A program made the position numbers and the translations under genes. Of a stretch of DNA of 64,000 nt, positions 39,063 to 48,608 are shown piece by piece; positions within the stretch are counted from its first letter, which is position 1, and the number at the start of each line of letters is the position of its first letter. A model generated the notes under the pieces. That model searched no databases and was not told the origin of the DNA. It saw only the letters and a list, made by a program, of their open reading frames with translations. Source of the DNA: Deferribacterales bacterium (GTDB lineage: Bacteria; Chrysiogenota; Deferribacteres; Deferribacterales; Geovibrionaceae); contig JBFWLW010000003.1 of NCBI GenBank assembly GCA_050251945.1, forward strand, positions 192,001 through 256,000. Direction: 5' to 3'.

Positions 39063-40448
39063 ATGGTTAAAAATTATGCACCAAATATTTTTGAACACGA
39101 AACTTTAGTGTGTGCAGATATTTCCACTGTTTTTGAATGGCACGAAAGGGAGGGGGCGCTGTTCAGACTTAGCCCGCCGTGGGAGAACATCTCCCTTATA
39201 AGGCGTGACGAAGGCATTCAAACAGGCGCTAAGTGCGACATAAGACTTAAGACAGGACCTATTCCCATGGTCTGGAAAGCTGAACATATTGGGTACGAAA
39301 AAGACTCATTCTTCAAAGACAGACAGAACAAAGGACCTTTTGCAAAGTGGGAACACTCGCATTATTTCGCGGAAGAGGACGGCATAACAACAATAAAAGA
39401 CTATGTTGAATATAAGCTTCCTCTGCATCCGCTTTCAACCGCCGCTGCCGGAAACTTTGTAAGGAACAAACTGGAAAAAATGTTCCGGTACAGAGAGAAC
39501 GTGTGTAAAAACGATATAGAATTTTATAAGGAATACAGCCCCGCACCCAAAACAATAGTGGTCTCCGGCTCATCCGGGGTTGTGGGTTCGGCGCTGATAC
39601 CCTTTTTACAGACGCAGGGACACAAAATAATCCGTCTTCTGCGCGACAGATCAAAGCTCTGTATAGGCGACGTATGCTGGAACCCGAACGCAGGAATAAT
39701 TGAAGACAAGTTTGAAAATGCGGATGCTGTCATACATCTTACAGGGGAACCAATCGGCGACGGCAAATGGACGGACGAGAAAAAACGCGAGATAATCGAC
39801 AGTCGCGTGCGCAGTACGGCTCTGCTGGCAGAAACTCTGGCAAAGATGAAAAACCCGCCGAAAACTCTTATCTGCGCATCCGCAATAGGCTATTACGGTG
39901 CGCATGGCGACGAAGTGATCACAGAGGCGGAAAAGGCAGGCAGTCACGATTTCATTGCCAAAGTATGTAAAAAATGGGAAGAAGCGGCAAAACCCGCCAT
40001 TGATAAAGGCATCCGTGTCGTTTTTCTGCGAATCGGTGTTGTGCTTACACCTGCGGGCGGTGCCTTGCAAAGGATGCTTACGCCTTTCTCCATGGGGCTT
40101 GGTCCTGTGTTTGGAAGCGGAAAACAATACCTTAGCTGGGTGGCAATGGACGACGTTCTGTATGCCGTGGGGCATCTTCTGGAACATAAAGAGATCGCCG
40201 GAGCGGTGAACCTTACATCGCCCAACGCCATGACCTCCGGAGAATTTTCCGACACACTGGCGCATTATCTCAAAAAACCCAGATTTATAAATATTCCTCC
40301 GTATGTTATTATGCAATTATACGGACAGATGGGCAGGGAAGTTCTGCTTTCGGGAGCAAACGTTTTCCCAGAAAAACTTATAAAAAGCGGATTCCGGTTC
40401 CGGTACCCCGATCTGACCGGGGCTTTCAGGCATCTTATGGGAGGTTAG
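39063..40448 (+). CDS. SRPBCC domain + TIGR01777-like NAD-dependent epimerase fusion
   Basis: RLSPPW, GPFAKWEHSH and FRYR (SRPBCC). SGSSGVVG, SAIGYYG, LRIGVVL and GFRFRYP (epimerase). Start uncertain. Confidence 0.82.
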   Translation: MVKNYAPNIFEHETLVCADISTVFEWHEREGALFRLSPPWENISLIRRDEGIQTGAKCDIRLKTGPIPMVWKAEHIGYEKDSFFKDRQNKGPFAKWEHSHYFAEEDGITTIKDYVEYKLPLHPLSTAAAGNFVRNKLEKMFRYRENVCKNDIEFYKEYSPAPKTIVVSGSSGVVGSALIPFLQTQGHKIIRLLRDRSKLCIGDVCWNPNAGIIEDKFENADAVIHLTGEPIGDGKWTDEKKREIIDSRVRSTALLAETLAKMKNPPKTLICASAIGYYGAHGDEVITEAEKAGSHDFIAKVCKKWEEAAKPAIDKGIRVVFLRIGVVLTPAGGALQRMLTPFSMGLGPVFGSGKQYLSWVAMDDVLYAVGHLLEHKEIAGAVNLTSPNAMTSGEFSDTLAHYLKKPRFINIPPYVIMQLYGQMGREVLLSGANVFPEKLIKSGFRFRYPDLTGAFRHLMGG

Positions 40449-40453
40449 GAACA

Positions 40454-41554
40454 ATGAGCGTCTCTCTTAAACTGCTTTTCCTCATAACAATGACCGCAGC
40501 GCTCAGCTTCGGGTTCATGCATCATGTTGTCGGCGGATATGACTTTGAGAGACTGCACATCTTCCTTTTCAACCTCTGCTCCGGCGGAACCATAATCCTT
40601 TATTTCACCATGCAGAAGGACAAAATGCCGAAACGGCTCATGCTGTTCTATATTCTGGCTTTCGCTTTCGCATTCTTCGCTTTTTTCAGGATGTATGTGC
40701 CGTGCATCATCATTGCGCTGGTGCTTTGTTTCATAACAGAATCGGTGCGCATAAAAAAATTCGGATTTTTTCCGCGTCAGTTCTTCACAACAAAGGACTC
40801 TGTGTCGGTAAAATTCCACAACGCAGCTCTGCTGTGTCTGTCCATAGGGCTGCTGATATCCGTTCTGGCGATACTAAACCACGAATATTATCACTGGCTG
40901 GACTTTGAAAAGCTGTCGCTGAACACCTTTTTTCTGGGATTTTCATTTCCCAGCTCACTCATAACGCTCAGCGTGCTTTTCGCAGCCATGCGCAAATACG
41001 GCACGGCTCGCATTATATTTTTCAAGACGGCACTGTTCTGGACTATCACCGTCGGCGTTATCGTCTTTTTCCTGTTCATACTTTTCGAGGCGGTCTGGCT
41101 TGAGCTTTCTATATCGCTCACCCTGTTCGTTGCAGTCTCGGCAGTTCTGCTCCTATATATTAAAACGGGATACATGGAACAGCAGAAGGCTTTTCTTACA
41201 TCGGGAATAGTGTTTCTGGTGATGACGGCAGTGTCAGGCGTTTTCTATATCCTTATATATGCGGTGGGCGAACCTTCGGAACAGATGCGCCAGCTCACTA
41301 TTCTTTACCACAGAACGCTCTCGCTTTACGGATGGAACATAAGCGGTCTCGCTGTCATATGCAGGCACAGAGATTTCCCTATAATGCTCCACTCAGGGAA
41401 AGTCATTGCGCTTCACTGGCTCATCGTCGCAGTGCTTGCGCCGATAGGTTTCTATATCCCATGGGTGGCACTGGCTGCAATCGCCGCGTATGCGCTCTTC
41501 CTTTATGAAATGTTCTTTTCAAAACCCACGGGAGCCAATCCGGCGGGAATATAA
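40454..41554 (+). CDS. Polytopic membrane protein of unknown function (about 11-12 TM)
   Basis: Highly hydrophobic 366-aa ORF 5 bp after the upstream stop, with several intramembrane His residues. Confidence 0.75.
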   Translation: MSVSLKLLFLITMTAALSFGFMHHVVGGYDFERLHIFLFNLCSGGTIILYFTMQKDKMPKRLMLFYILAFAFAFFAFFRMYVPCIIIALVLCFITESVRIKKFGFFPRQFFTTKDSVSVKFHNAALLCLSIGLLISVLAILNHEYYHWLDFEKLSLNTFFLGFSFPSSLITLSVLFAAMRKYGTARIIFFKTALFWTITVGVIVFFLFILFEAVWLELSISLTLFVAVSAVLLLYIKTGYMEQQKAFLTSGIVFLVMTAVSGVFYILIYAVGEPSEQMRQLTILYHRTLSLYGWNISGLAVICRHRDFPIMLHSGKVIALHWLIVAVLAPIGFYIPWVALAAIAAYALFLYEMFFSKPTGANPAGI

Positions 41555-41615
41555 AATTCTTGCCAATTTTTTCCGACAGTAATATTATCCTGTCTTGTCT
41601 GAAAAGGAGAAAACA

Positions 41616-42380
41616 GTGTCTATAGGAATCTTTGACTCAGGTGTGGGCGGACTTACGGTTTACAAAACAATCAGCGAATATTTTCCGAAACTGGATATGT
41701 ATTATCTGGGCGACACAGCCCGCGTTCCCTACGGAAACAAATCTCAGGAAACCGTCATAAACTACAGCCTTGAGTGTGCCGGATTCCTCGTTAAAAACTT
41801 CAAAATAGATACCATTGTCGTGGCATGCAATACGGCGTCGTCATATGCAATAGACTCAATTAAAAAACGTTTCGGCGTTAACGTGATAGGCGTGGTTGAA
41901 CCCGGCGCAAAAAGCGCAGTGGCTGTCACGCATAACAACAAAATCGGCGTTATAGGCACACGCGCCACAGTGCGCAGCGAATCTTATGTCAAAGCGCTGA
42001 AAGCTCTTAAACCGGAAGTTCAGGTATACCAGACAGCATGTCCTCTCTTTGTCCCAATTGTCGAGGAGATGCTCATAGAAACCGACGTTGCCAAACAGGT
42101 TGTCCAGATGTATCTTTCAGAGCTTGCAGGTTCAGGCATAGACACACTTATCCTCGGGTGCACCCACTATCCCCTTCTGAAAGGGCGCATACTGGAAAAA
42201 TTCCCTCATTTCAACATAGTCGATTCCTCACAGGCGGTGCTTGAATGTATAAGAGAACTCAAGATACCGACAGAACAGTCGGGAGTCCGCGAAATATACC
42301 TCACAGATGAATCACCCGCCTTTGAAACATTGAAAAATGTGCTGGCAGGCGGTCTGCAGTCAAAAAAAGTCGTACTTTAA
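41616..42380 (+). CDS. murI: Glutamate racemase
   Basis: FDSGVGG, PYGNKS, ACNTAS and LGCTHY. GTG start after AAGGAG. Confidence 0.96.
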   Translation: MSIGIFDSGVGGLTVYKTISEYFPKLDMYYLGDTARVPYGNKSQETVINYSLECAGFLVKNFKIDTIVVACNTASSYAIDSIKKRFGVNVIGVVEPGAKSAVAVTHNNKIGVIGTRATVRSESYVKALKALKPEVQVYQTACPLFVPIVEEMLIETDVAKQVVQMYLSELAGSGIDTLILGCTHYPLLKGRILEKFPHFNIVDSSQAVLECIRELKIPTEQSGVREIYLTDESPAFETLKNVLAGGLQSKKVVL

Positions 42381-42510
42381 AATGTTGATAGCTTTTCGCA
42401 TTTCATACAGGATAGATTTTTCCTGTCTCTTTTGGAAAAAAATTATTGACTAATTATCTTTTTCCATTTATATATGCTTTATCGAATATATAAATTCAAA
42501 GGAGAATAAC

Positions 42511-43215
42511 ATGGAAAACACTGTAGTATCAATACCCAGAATAGGCGAGCAGGCACCTGAATTTAAAGCTGTAACAACACAGGGCGAGATAAATTTTCCC
42601 GCAGACTATAAAGGAAGCTGGGTCATCTTTTTCAGCCACCCCGCAGATTTCACACCTGTATGCACATCCGAGTTTATGACATTTGCGAAGATGGAAAACG
42701 ACTTCGCGGCATACAACTGTAAACTGGTGGGTCTCTCTGTTGACGGACTTTACAGCCACATAGCATGGCTGCGCAATATCAAGGAAAAGATAGACTTCAA
42801 AGGCATGAAAGGCATGGAAGTCAAATTCCCCCTCATTGAAGATATCACAATGGAAGTGGCGAAGAAATACGGAATGATTCAGGAGGGCGAAAGCAACACA
42901 AAAGCTGTCAGAGCGGTTTTCGTTATCGACCCCAAAGGCGTGATACGCACTGTGCTTTACTATCCGCTGAGCACCGGACGCAACTTTGACGAACTTCTGA
43001 GAATCGTCGTTGCTCTTCAGACAGCGGACGCTTTCACATGTGCGACACCGGCAGACTGGAGACCCGGCGACGAAGTTATCGTTCCGCCCGCAGGTTCATG
43101 CGGCGTTGCAAAAGACAGGGTTGAAGGCAAAGAAGAAAACGTGAAGTGCTATGACTGGTACTTCTGTACAAAACCTGTCAGCGCACAGGAAATAGATTCC
43201 AAACTTAAAAAGTAA
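42511..43215 (+). CDS. Peroxiredoxin (Prx6 family with C-terminal cysteines)
   Basis: HPADFTPVCTSE, GRNFDE, ATPADW and CYDWYFC motifs. Confidence 0.93.
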   Translation: MENTVVSIPRIGEQAPEFKAVTTQGEINFPADYKGSWVIFFSHPADFTPVCTSEFMTFAKMENDFAAYNCKLVGLSVDGLYSHIAWLRNIKEKIDFKGMKGMEVKFPLIEDITMEVAKKYGMIQEGESNTKAVRAVFVIDPKGVIRTVLYYPLSTGRNFDELLRIVVALQTADAFTCATPADWRPGDEVIVPPAGSCGVAKDRVEGKEENVKCYDWYFCTKPVSAQEIDSKLKK

Positions 43216-43247
43216 CTTAACAGGGGGGCTGAAACGCCCCCCCCCCC

Positions 43248-43387
43248 CACGTTGTTGACAAACTAAATTTGCACATACTCACATTAGACTGCTTCGGGTT
43301 AAAACCCTCGCAGAGACGTTTTTTGTCTTCGCGAGGAGCGCATGCGACGACGCGATCCTCCATTTTCCTGACTTTGTCATCAGCCTG
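43248..43387 (+). mobile_element. MITE, short variant carrying a REP pair
   Basis: Terminal IRs CACGTTGTTGACAAA / TTTGTCATCAGCCTG. Homologous to three other copies. GC hairpins on both flanks. Confidence 0.8.
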
Positions 43388-43412
43388 AGGGGGCTTTTCA
43401 ACCCCCACAATT

Positions 43413-44843
43413 TTATAAATAACTCTTGGCTATCCCGCCCAGCTTGATTATTGATTTCTCAAATTTCGCATCCCACGGAAATCCGCAGTTTATCCGCATG
43501 AAGTTATTGTATTTCTGCTGGGATGAAAATATCCCGCCCGGCGAAAACGATATCTTTTCTTTCAGAGCTCTGGGGTACATGTCCAGAGTGTCCACCTTTT
43601 CGGGCATCTCCACCCACAGCACGAAACCGCCCTGCGGACGGGTGACACGCGTACCCTCGGGGAAATGACGCATTATCTGATATGTATACGTTTCCACCTG
43701 CGCCTTGAAACTGTTATTCATTTTGCGCAGATGTCTTGGGAATTTTCCTGATGCGAGGAAATGTGCAACCGTGAGCTGCGGAACTGTATTGGTCGCCATG
43801 CTGGAAGCTATCTTCTGGCGGAGTATTTCGTCGAAATATTTGCCCGGCTCTACCCAGCCCACACGGTAACCAGGCGCCAGACTTTTTGAAAAGGATGAAA
43901 CGTGTATCACGTTGCCGTTCCTGTCGTACTTTTTCAGGTTGCCGAGCCGTCTCCCGCCGAAATTGAAATCGCCGTTTATATCGTCCTCAATGATGGGAAT
44001 ATCCTTTTTATTGCAAAGCTCAACCATCTCTTTCCGTGCATCCTCCGGATAGGTGTGTCCCATAGGGTTGCCATAGTTCGGCTGAACCAGAACGGCTTTC
44101 ACATCGAAACGGCTTAGAGCTTCTTTGAAGTCTTTCATAAGAATACCGTTTTGAGGGCTGGTTGGCAGTTCCAGTGCATAGACCTTCGCCGTTTCAAGCA
44201 GATGCATGAATCCGAAATAGCTGGGCGATTCCATAAGCACAAGATCGCCGGGGCGCGTTACTGCCCGCATCGCCATTGTGATCCCTTCGGAAGCGCCGTT
44301 TGTTATTATTATATTGTCGCTGGTGACAGAATTGCCGTTCATGTTCATGTAATAGGCAAGTTGCTGACGGAAAAATTTATGTCCCTGAACGTCGCCGTAT
44401 TCCACACGCGCTTCGCTGTCGGTGGATAACAGTTTTTTCATTATGCTGTTCAGTTCTCTGTGAGGTAACAGTTCAGTTGCAGGCATCGCACAGCCAAGGG
44501 GAACGATATCCGGATTGGTGATGGCATACAGTATTTCCTGTATCAGACTGCTGTTCTTAACCTGCATCGGCTGGTCGCTGGGTTTTGTGACACGAACCGC
44601 CTCGCGGGGAACAATTGTTCCGCCGGACACATAAAACCCTGACTGGGGGCGGGCTTCAAGCATGCCCACACTTTCAAGTTCCATATACGCCTGCATCACC
44701 GTGGAGAGACTGACGCTCTGCTCCTCGCTCATTTTTCTCAGCGAGGGAACCTTGTCACCCGGGCGTAGAACTTCATTTTCCATCATGGTGACTATAACAT
44801 CCATAACCTGTCTGTACCGGAATTCCTGCTTAACTTTTGCCAT
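43413..44843 (-). CDS. MocR/GabR-family PLP-dependent regulator (YdcR-like)
   Basis: wHTH PSLR..VSLSTVMQAY..GFYV and aminotransferase domain SFSKSLAPGYRVGW. Confidence 0.92.
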   Translation of the reverse strand: MAKVKQEFRYRQVMDVIVTMMENEVLRPGDKVPSLRKMSEEQSVSLSTVMQAYMELESVGMLEARPQSGFYVSGGTIVPREAVRVTKPSDQPMQVKNSSLIQEILYAITNPDIVPLGCAMPATELLPHRELNSIMKKLLSTDSEARVEYGDVQGHKFFRQQLAYYMNMNGNSVTSDNIIITNGASEGITMAMRAVTRPGDLVLMESPSYFGFMHLLETAKVYALELPTSPQNGILMKDFKEALSRFDVKAVLVQPNYGNPMGHTYPEDARKEMVELCNKKDIPIIEDDINGDFNFGGRRLGNLKKYDRNGNVIHVSSFSKSLAPGYRVGWVEPGKYFDEILRQKIASSMATNTVPQLTVAHFLASGKFPRHLRKMNNSFKAQVETYTYQIMRHFPEGTRVTRPQGGFVLWVEMPEKVDTLDMYPRALKEKISFSPGGIFSSQQKYNNFMRINCGFPWDAKFEKSIIKLGGIAKSYL

Positions 44844-44852
44844 ACAGTCCTC

Positions 44853-44905
44853 AACTGTTATGTAAACATTTCTATTTTTCTGTATCTGTTATGGTAACTG
44901 TTATT
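44853..44905. promoter_or_regulatory. Putative MocR operator: three CTGTTAT direct repeats
   Basis: CTGTTAT at 44855, 44886 and 44898, in the divergent promoter region. Confidence 0.55.
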
Positions 44906-45056
44906 GCTGTATTTTACAATCAGAAAGTGGGCAGGAGACAAGCCTTTTGAAATTCAGAAGGCTGGCTTCCGAAAAGACCGATGGTAAATAAAGATTTTTT
45001 GTAATATAAGAATCACCATAGAGCGAACACTTAATTCCGAAACATGAGGTGGCATC

Positions 45057-45323
45057 ATGACGACTAAACAGGAGCTAAAACTAAAACGGTTTCAGACCAA
45101 AGGTTTTGAAAACGCAAAGTCACTCAGCATCTATTGCAGCGAAGGTTCATTATGGATAACAGCAGGCAACGCACTGGGCGACCGTGTGCTTTATGCAGGC
45201 AAAGAACTCCACATAATCGCATCAGACAAGGTTGTTGTTGAGGCTCTTGCAGACAGCGTTTCTTTTGTTACAGTCATGGCGGATATGCCACATCCCCATA
45301 CAATGACAGCAAATAACGACTAA
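45057..45323 (+). CDS. DUF2917-like small cupin protein
   Basis: CSEGSLWIT..GDRVLYAG..VVVEAL. GAGG RBS. Divergent from the MocR regulator. Confidence 0.75.
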   Translation: MTTKQELKLKRFQTKGFENAKSLSIYCSEGSLWITAGNALGDRVLYAGKELHIIASDKVVVEALADSVSFVTVMADMPHPHTMTANND

Positions 45324-45392
45324 GTTTAATATATGGCACGCATATGTGCCTTCTGAGGAATATATCCTCCTATCTCTTCAAGCGTAGAAAAA

Positions 45393-45416
45393 GGGCGGCT
45401 TCGTGCCGCCTTTTTT
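45393..45416 (+). terminator. Intrinsic terminator
   Basis: GGCGGC-TTCGT-GCCGCC-TTTTTT. Confidence 0.8.
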
Positions 45417-45426
45417 CAATTATATA

Positions 45427-45905
45427 CACTCTCAAACGACTTCCATGTCGTTTGTTCGCAACGCTTCGTGCGGAATGAATCCGCACTGCGCTCACGCTCC
45501 TCTCGACTCGACACCAAAGGCGCCTCGTCTCAATCCGCGAAGCACATCCATGTGCTTTTGACGCCTTTTTTCAATTAAGCACTCTTAAACGACTTCCGTG
45601 TCGTTTGTTCGCAACGCTTCGTGCGGAATGAATCCGCACTGCGCTCACGCTCCTCTCGACTCGACACCAAAGGCGCCTCGTCTCAATCCGCGAAGCACAT
45701 CCATGTGCTTTTTACGCCTTTTTTCAATTAAGCACTCTCAAACGACTTCCGTGTCGTTTGTTCGCAACGCTTCGTGCGGAATGAATCCGCACTGCGCTCA
45801 CGCTCCTCTCGACTCGACACCAAAGGCGCCTCGTCTCAATCCGCGAAGCACATCCATGTGCTTTTGACGCCTTTTTTCAATTAAGCACTCTCAAACGACT
45901 TCCAT
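45427..45905. repeat. 153-bp tandem repeat, three near-identical copies plus a 20-bp partial copy
   Basis: Units start at 45427, 45580, 45733 and 45886, with only 2-3 substitutions between copies. Confidence 0.95.
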
Positions 45906-45922
45906 ATGCTTTTGACATTTCC

Positions 45923-46762
45923 ATGCTAAAATCTGTAATGCATGATGAACTGAAATACCTGATTAAAAATTCAAAGACCTGCCTGTTTCTGACCGGAGCG
46001 GGAATGAGCGCGGACAGCGGTATTCCTACGTTCAGAGACCGCGACGGCTATTGGCGGAACTTTCCCATTTTCAAAGAAAAGGGACTCCTGCCGCAGGAGC
46101 TTGCATCTCCGGCTTCGTTCCGCAGACAGCCGCATCACAGCTGGGCGTTTTACGAATGGCGCAGGCGCAACGCACGTATGAATACCCCTCACAAAGGTTA
46201 CGAGGTCATAAACCGCATGGTTTCGGATATTTTTGAAGACAGTTTCGTCCACACCACAAACACGGACGGATATCATATAATTTCAGGTCTGCCCGCAGAC
46301 CGTGTGACAGAAATACACGGCAGTATGTGGCGGCTTCAATGCATGAGCGGCTCATCGTGCCGCTACGGTGTCCGGCACAATACCGACGTCCCGCTTCTGG
46401 AGATGGACGAAAACACAATGTCCGCACTTACGATGCCGAAATGTCCGGTTTGCGGAAACCTTCTGCGTCCCAATATATTAATGTTCAACGACCGGGAATA
46501 CATAGACAACGATGTTCAGCTAAACCATTTTGAAAATTTTCTGGAAAAGCACGACCGGATCGACCTCATTTTACTGGTAGGCTCCAGCAGTCAGATACCA
46601 ACCAACGACTATATTGCGAAACGTCTGAAACAATACGGAAGCAGAGTTGTCACCATAAATCCTGATCCATCATCGGCAAGGGTATGCAGTCCCGACATAT
46701 TTATAAAAGAACGTTCGCTCCCGGCTTTTGAAGCCATTGAAAAAATCCTTAACTCCTTCTGA
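45923..46762 (+). CDS. Sir2-family NAD-dependent deacylase
   Basis: GAGMSADSGIPTFR, TTNTDG, EIHGS, CPVCG, LRPNILMF, VGSS and INP motifs. Confidence 0.9.
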   Translation: MLKSVMHDELKYLIKNSKTCLFLTGAGMSADSGIPTFRDRDGYWRNFPIFKEKGLLPQELASPASFRRQPHHSWAFYEWRRRNARMNTPHKGYEVINRMVSDIFEDSFVHTTNTDGYHIISGLPADRVTEIHGSMWRLQCMSGSSCRYGVRHNTDVPLLEMDENTMSALTMPKCPVCGNLLRPNILMFNDREYIDNDVQLNHFENFLEKHDRIDLILLVGSSSQIPTNDYIAKRLKQYGSRVVTINPDPSSARVCSPDIFIKERSLPAFEAIEKILNSF

Positions 46763-46782
46763 CAAAACATACTAAAAAAGGC

Positions 46783-46811
46783 TTGACACAGGCAGGCTCA
46801 ACTCATATTGT
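46783..46811 (+). promoter_or_regulatory. Sigma70-type promoter of the hrcA operon
   Basis: TTGACA-N17-TATTGT immediately upstream of CIRCE. Confidence 0.75.
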
Positions 46812-46816
46812 AGGCA

Positions 46817-46843
46817 TTAGCACTCATGACATGTGAGTGCTAA
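46817..46843. promoter_or_regulatory. CIRCE element (HrcA operator)
   Basis: Perfect TTAGCACTC-N9-GAGTGCTAA. Confidence 0.97.
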
Positions 46844-46859
46844 CAAAACGGTGTGAGCG

Positions 46860-47897
46860 ATGAATTTCCTTAACGACAGAGAAGAAGCCGTTCTTAAAAC
46901 TATCATTGAAGAGTTTGTGCAGAGCAACGAACCCGTCGGCTCAAGGCACATTTCAAAAACAGGTCCGCTGAAACTCGGTCCCGCCTCCATCCGCAACATA
47001 ATGAGCGATCTGGAGGAAAAGGGATATATACTTCAGCCCCATACTTCTGCGGGCAGAGTACCCTCCGACGAGGGATACAGGTATTACATCGACAGACTGG
47101 TGACCTTCGGACTTTCCGACAAGGCTATTCTTGAACAGTTGAAAAGCGACTGCAGTGCAGAAAACATAAACGGCATGTTCAAAAAAGTAAGCGACAACCT
47201 GGGTCGTCTGACACGTTCAGTAGGTTTTGTTATATCACCGAAACTCAACACCATGCTTCTGAAACATATTGAATTCATAAGGCTGAACAGCTCAACCGTT
47301 CTGGCGGTCATCGTCGCCAAAACAGGCATAGTGCATAACGTTATGATCGATATTCCGCCTTCTGTGACAGACAGCGAACTGACACAGATAAGCAATTATC
47401 TGAACACCCACTTTACAGACAAAAGCCTTATGGAGGTCAAAACCTCAATTCTGGACGAAATGCGCCGCGACAAAAACCATATGGACGCACTGCTGCAGAA
47501 TGTTATGAACGTAACTGAAAGAGTTTTTCATAATACAGATTTCGGACAGGACATAATCGTAAGCGGAACCACAGGGATACTCGACCTGCCGGAATTCAGC
47601 GACGTATCACGTCTCAAAGGGCTTTTTCAGACGTTTGAGGAGAAGAAATTCATCTTTGACATTCTGGACAAATGCCAGAACGCAACTGGGGTAAACATCT
47701 TCATAGGCTCCGAAATAGGGCGCTCCGAAGTCAGCGAGCTTGGGCTTGTTACAAAAACCTATTCCAGAGGCGGAAACGTTATAGGGATGCTCGGCATCAT
47801 TGGTCCCAAAAGAATGCGCTACTCCGACGTCGTATCCGTTGTGGACTGCTCCGCCGAACTTGTTTCGGGCATCATGGGCAAGTTTTTAGAGAAGTAA
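46860..47897 (+). CDS. hrcA: Heat-inducible transcription repressor
   Basis: EPVGS, SIRNIMSDLE, HTSAGRVPS and IIGPKRMRY motifs. Confidence 0.96.
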   Translation: MNFLNDREEAVLKTIIEEFVQSNEPVGSRHISKTGPLKLGPASIRNIMSDLEEKGYILQPHTSAGRVPSDEGYRYYIDRLVTFGLSDKAILEQLKSDCSAENINGMFKKVSDNLGRLTRSVGFVISPKLNTMLLKHIEFIRLNSSTVLAVIVAKTGIVHNVMIDIPPSVTDSELTQISNYLNTHFTDKSLMEVKTSILDEMRRDKNHMDALLQNVMNVTERVFHNTDFGQDIIVSGTTGILDLPEFSDVSRLKGLFQTFEEKKFIFDILDKCQNATGVNIFIGSEIGRSEVSELGLVTKTYSRGGNVIGMLGIIGPKRMRYSDVVSVVDCSAELVSGIMGKFLEK

Positions 47898-47941
47898 ACA
47901 GGATGGCTGGCTTAAAACCCATGCCAGCGTCATATAAGACG

Positions 47942-48020
47942 GGATCGCCGCGTCGCTTCACTCCTCGCGAAGACGTACTTCTGTCTCTGCGAAGAAGCAA
48001 CAGGCTGACGAAGCAGTCTC
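47942..48020. repeat. REP pair between hrcA and grpE
   Basis: GGATCGCCGCGTCGC..CCTCGCGAAGAC and GTCTCTGCGAAG..GACGAAGCAGTCTC. Confidence 0.75.
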
Positions 48021-48056
48021 ATTTGTTTAAAAGGAAATAAGTAAAAGAGGACATAC

Positions 48057-48581
48057 ATGGAAGAAATGGAAAACAAAGAGCAGCAGGAAGAGACGCCGAA
48101 AGACGAACTTACTCTTCTGCGCGAACAGAACGAACGCCTCGCCGAGGCGCTCGCCGCCGCAAAAGACAGCGAACTGCGCTCTCTGGCGGAGATGGACAAC
48201 GTGCGCAAAAGGCTCACAAAGGAGTTTGACGACAAGCTGAAATACTCCAACCTGAACCTGATATCCGCACTGTTCCCCGTTATGGATAATTTTGAAATGG
48301 CGCTTAGCCACATCTCCGGCGAGAATCCGGTGGAAGGTCTTAAAGAGGGCGTTCATCTCACACTGAAGCAGATGAGTGAAACCCTTGAGAAATACGGACT
48401 GAAAGAGATAGAGCTTAACATCGGCGATGAATTCAACCCCCAGTTCCACGAGGCGCTGATGGTTGACTGTGACGAAAACTATGAAGACAACAAGATCCTC
48501 ATGGTGCTGCAAAAAGGATACACCCTCCACGGCAGAGTGGTTCGCCCCTCGAAAGTGAAGGTCAACAAAAGGAATAATTGA
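48057..48581 (+). CDS. grpE: Nucleotide exchange factor GrpE
   Basis: AEMDNVRKR, FNPQFHEA and QKGYTLHGRVVRP motifs. Confidence 0.96.
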   Translation: MEEMENKEQQEETPKDELTLLREQNERLAEALAAAKDSELRSLAEMDNVRKRLTKEFDDKLKYSNLNLISALFPVMDNFEMALSHISGENPVEGLKEGVHLTLKQMSETLEKYGLKEIELNIGDEFNPQFHEALMVDCDENYEDNKILMVLQKGYTLHGRVVRPSKVKVNKRNN

Positions 48582-48608
48582 AAAGATATACAATCTCAGG
48601 AGGAAACA

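Noticed and set aside
45427..45905. Possible CRISPR array or repeat-encoded protein (ORF 45598-45867)
   Set aside because: The units are 153 bp with no unique spacers and no cas genes are present. The ORF depends on single substitutions removing stop codons found in other copies.
45923..46762. Sir2 as an anti-phage NADase (Thoeris/DSR-like)
   Set aside because: It has the zinc-binding module, catalytic His and size of a housekeeping sirtuin, and there are no defence partner genes.
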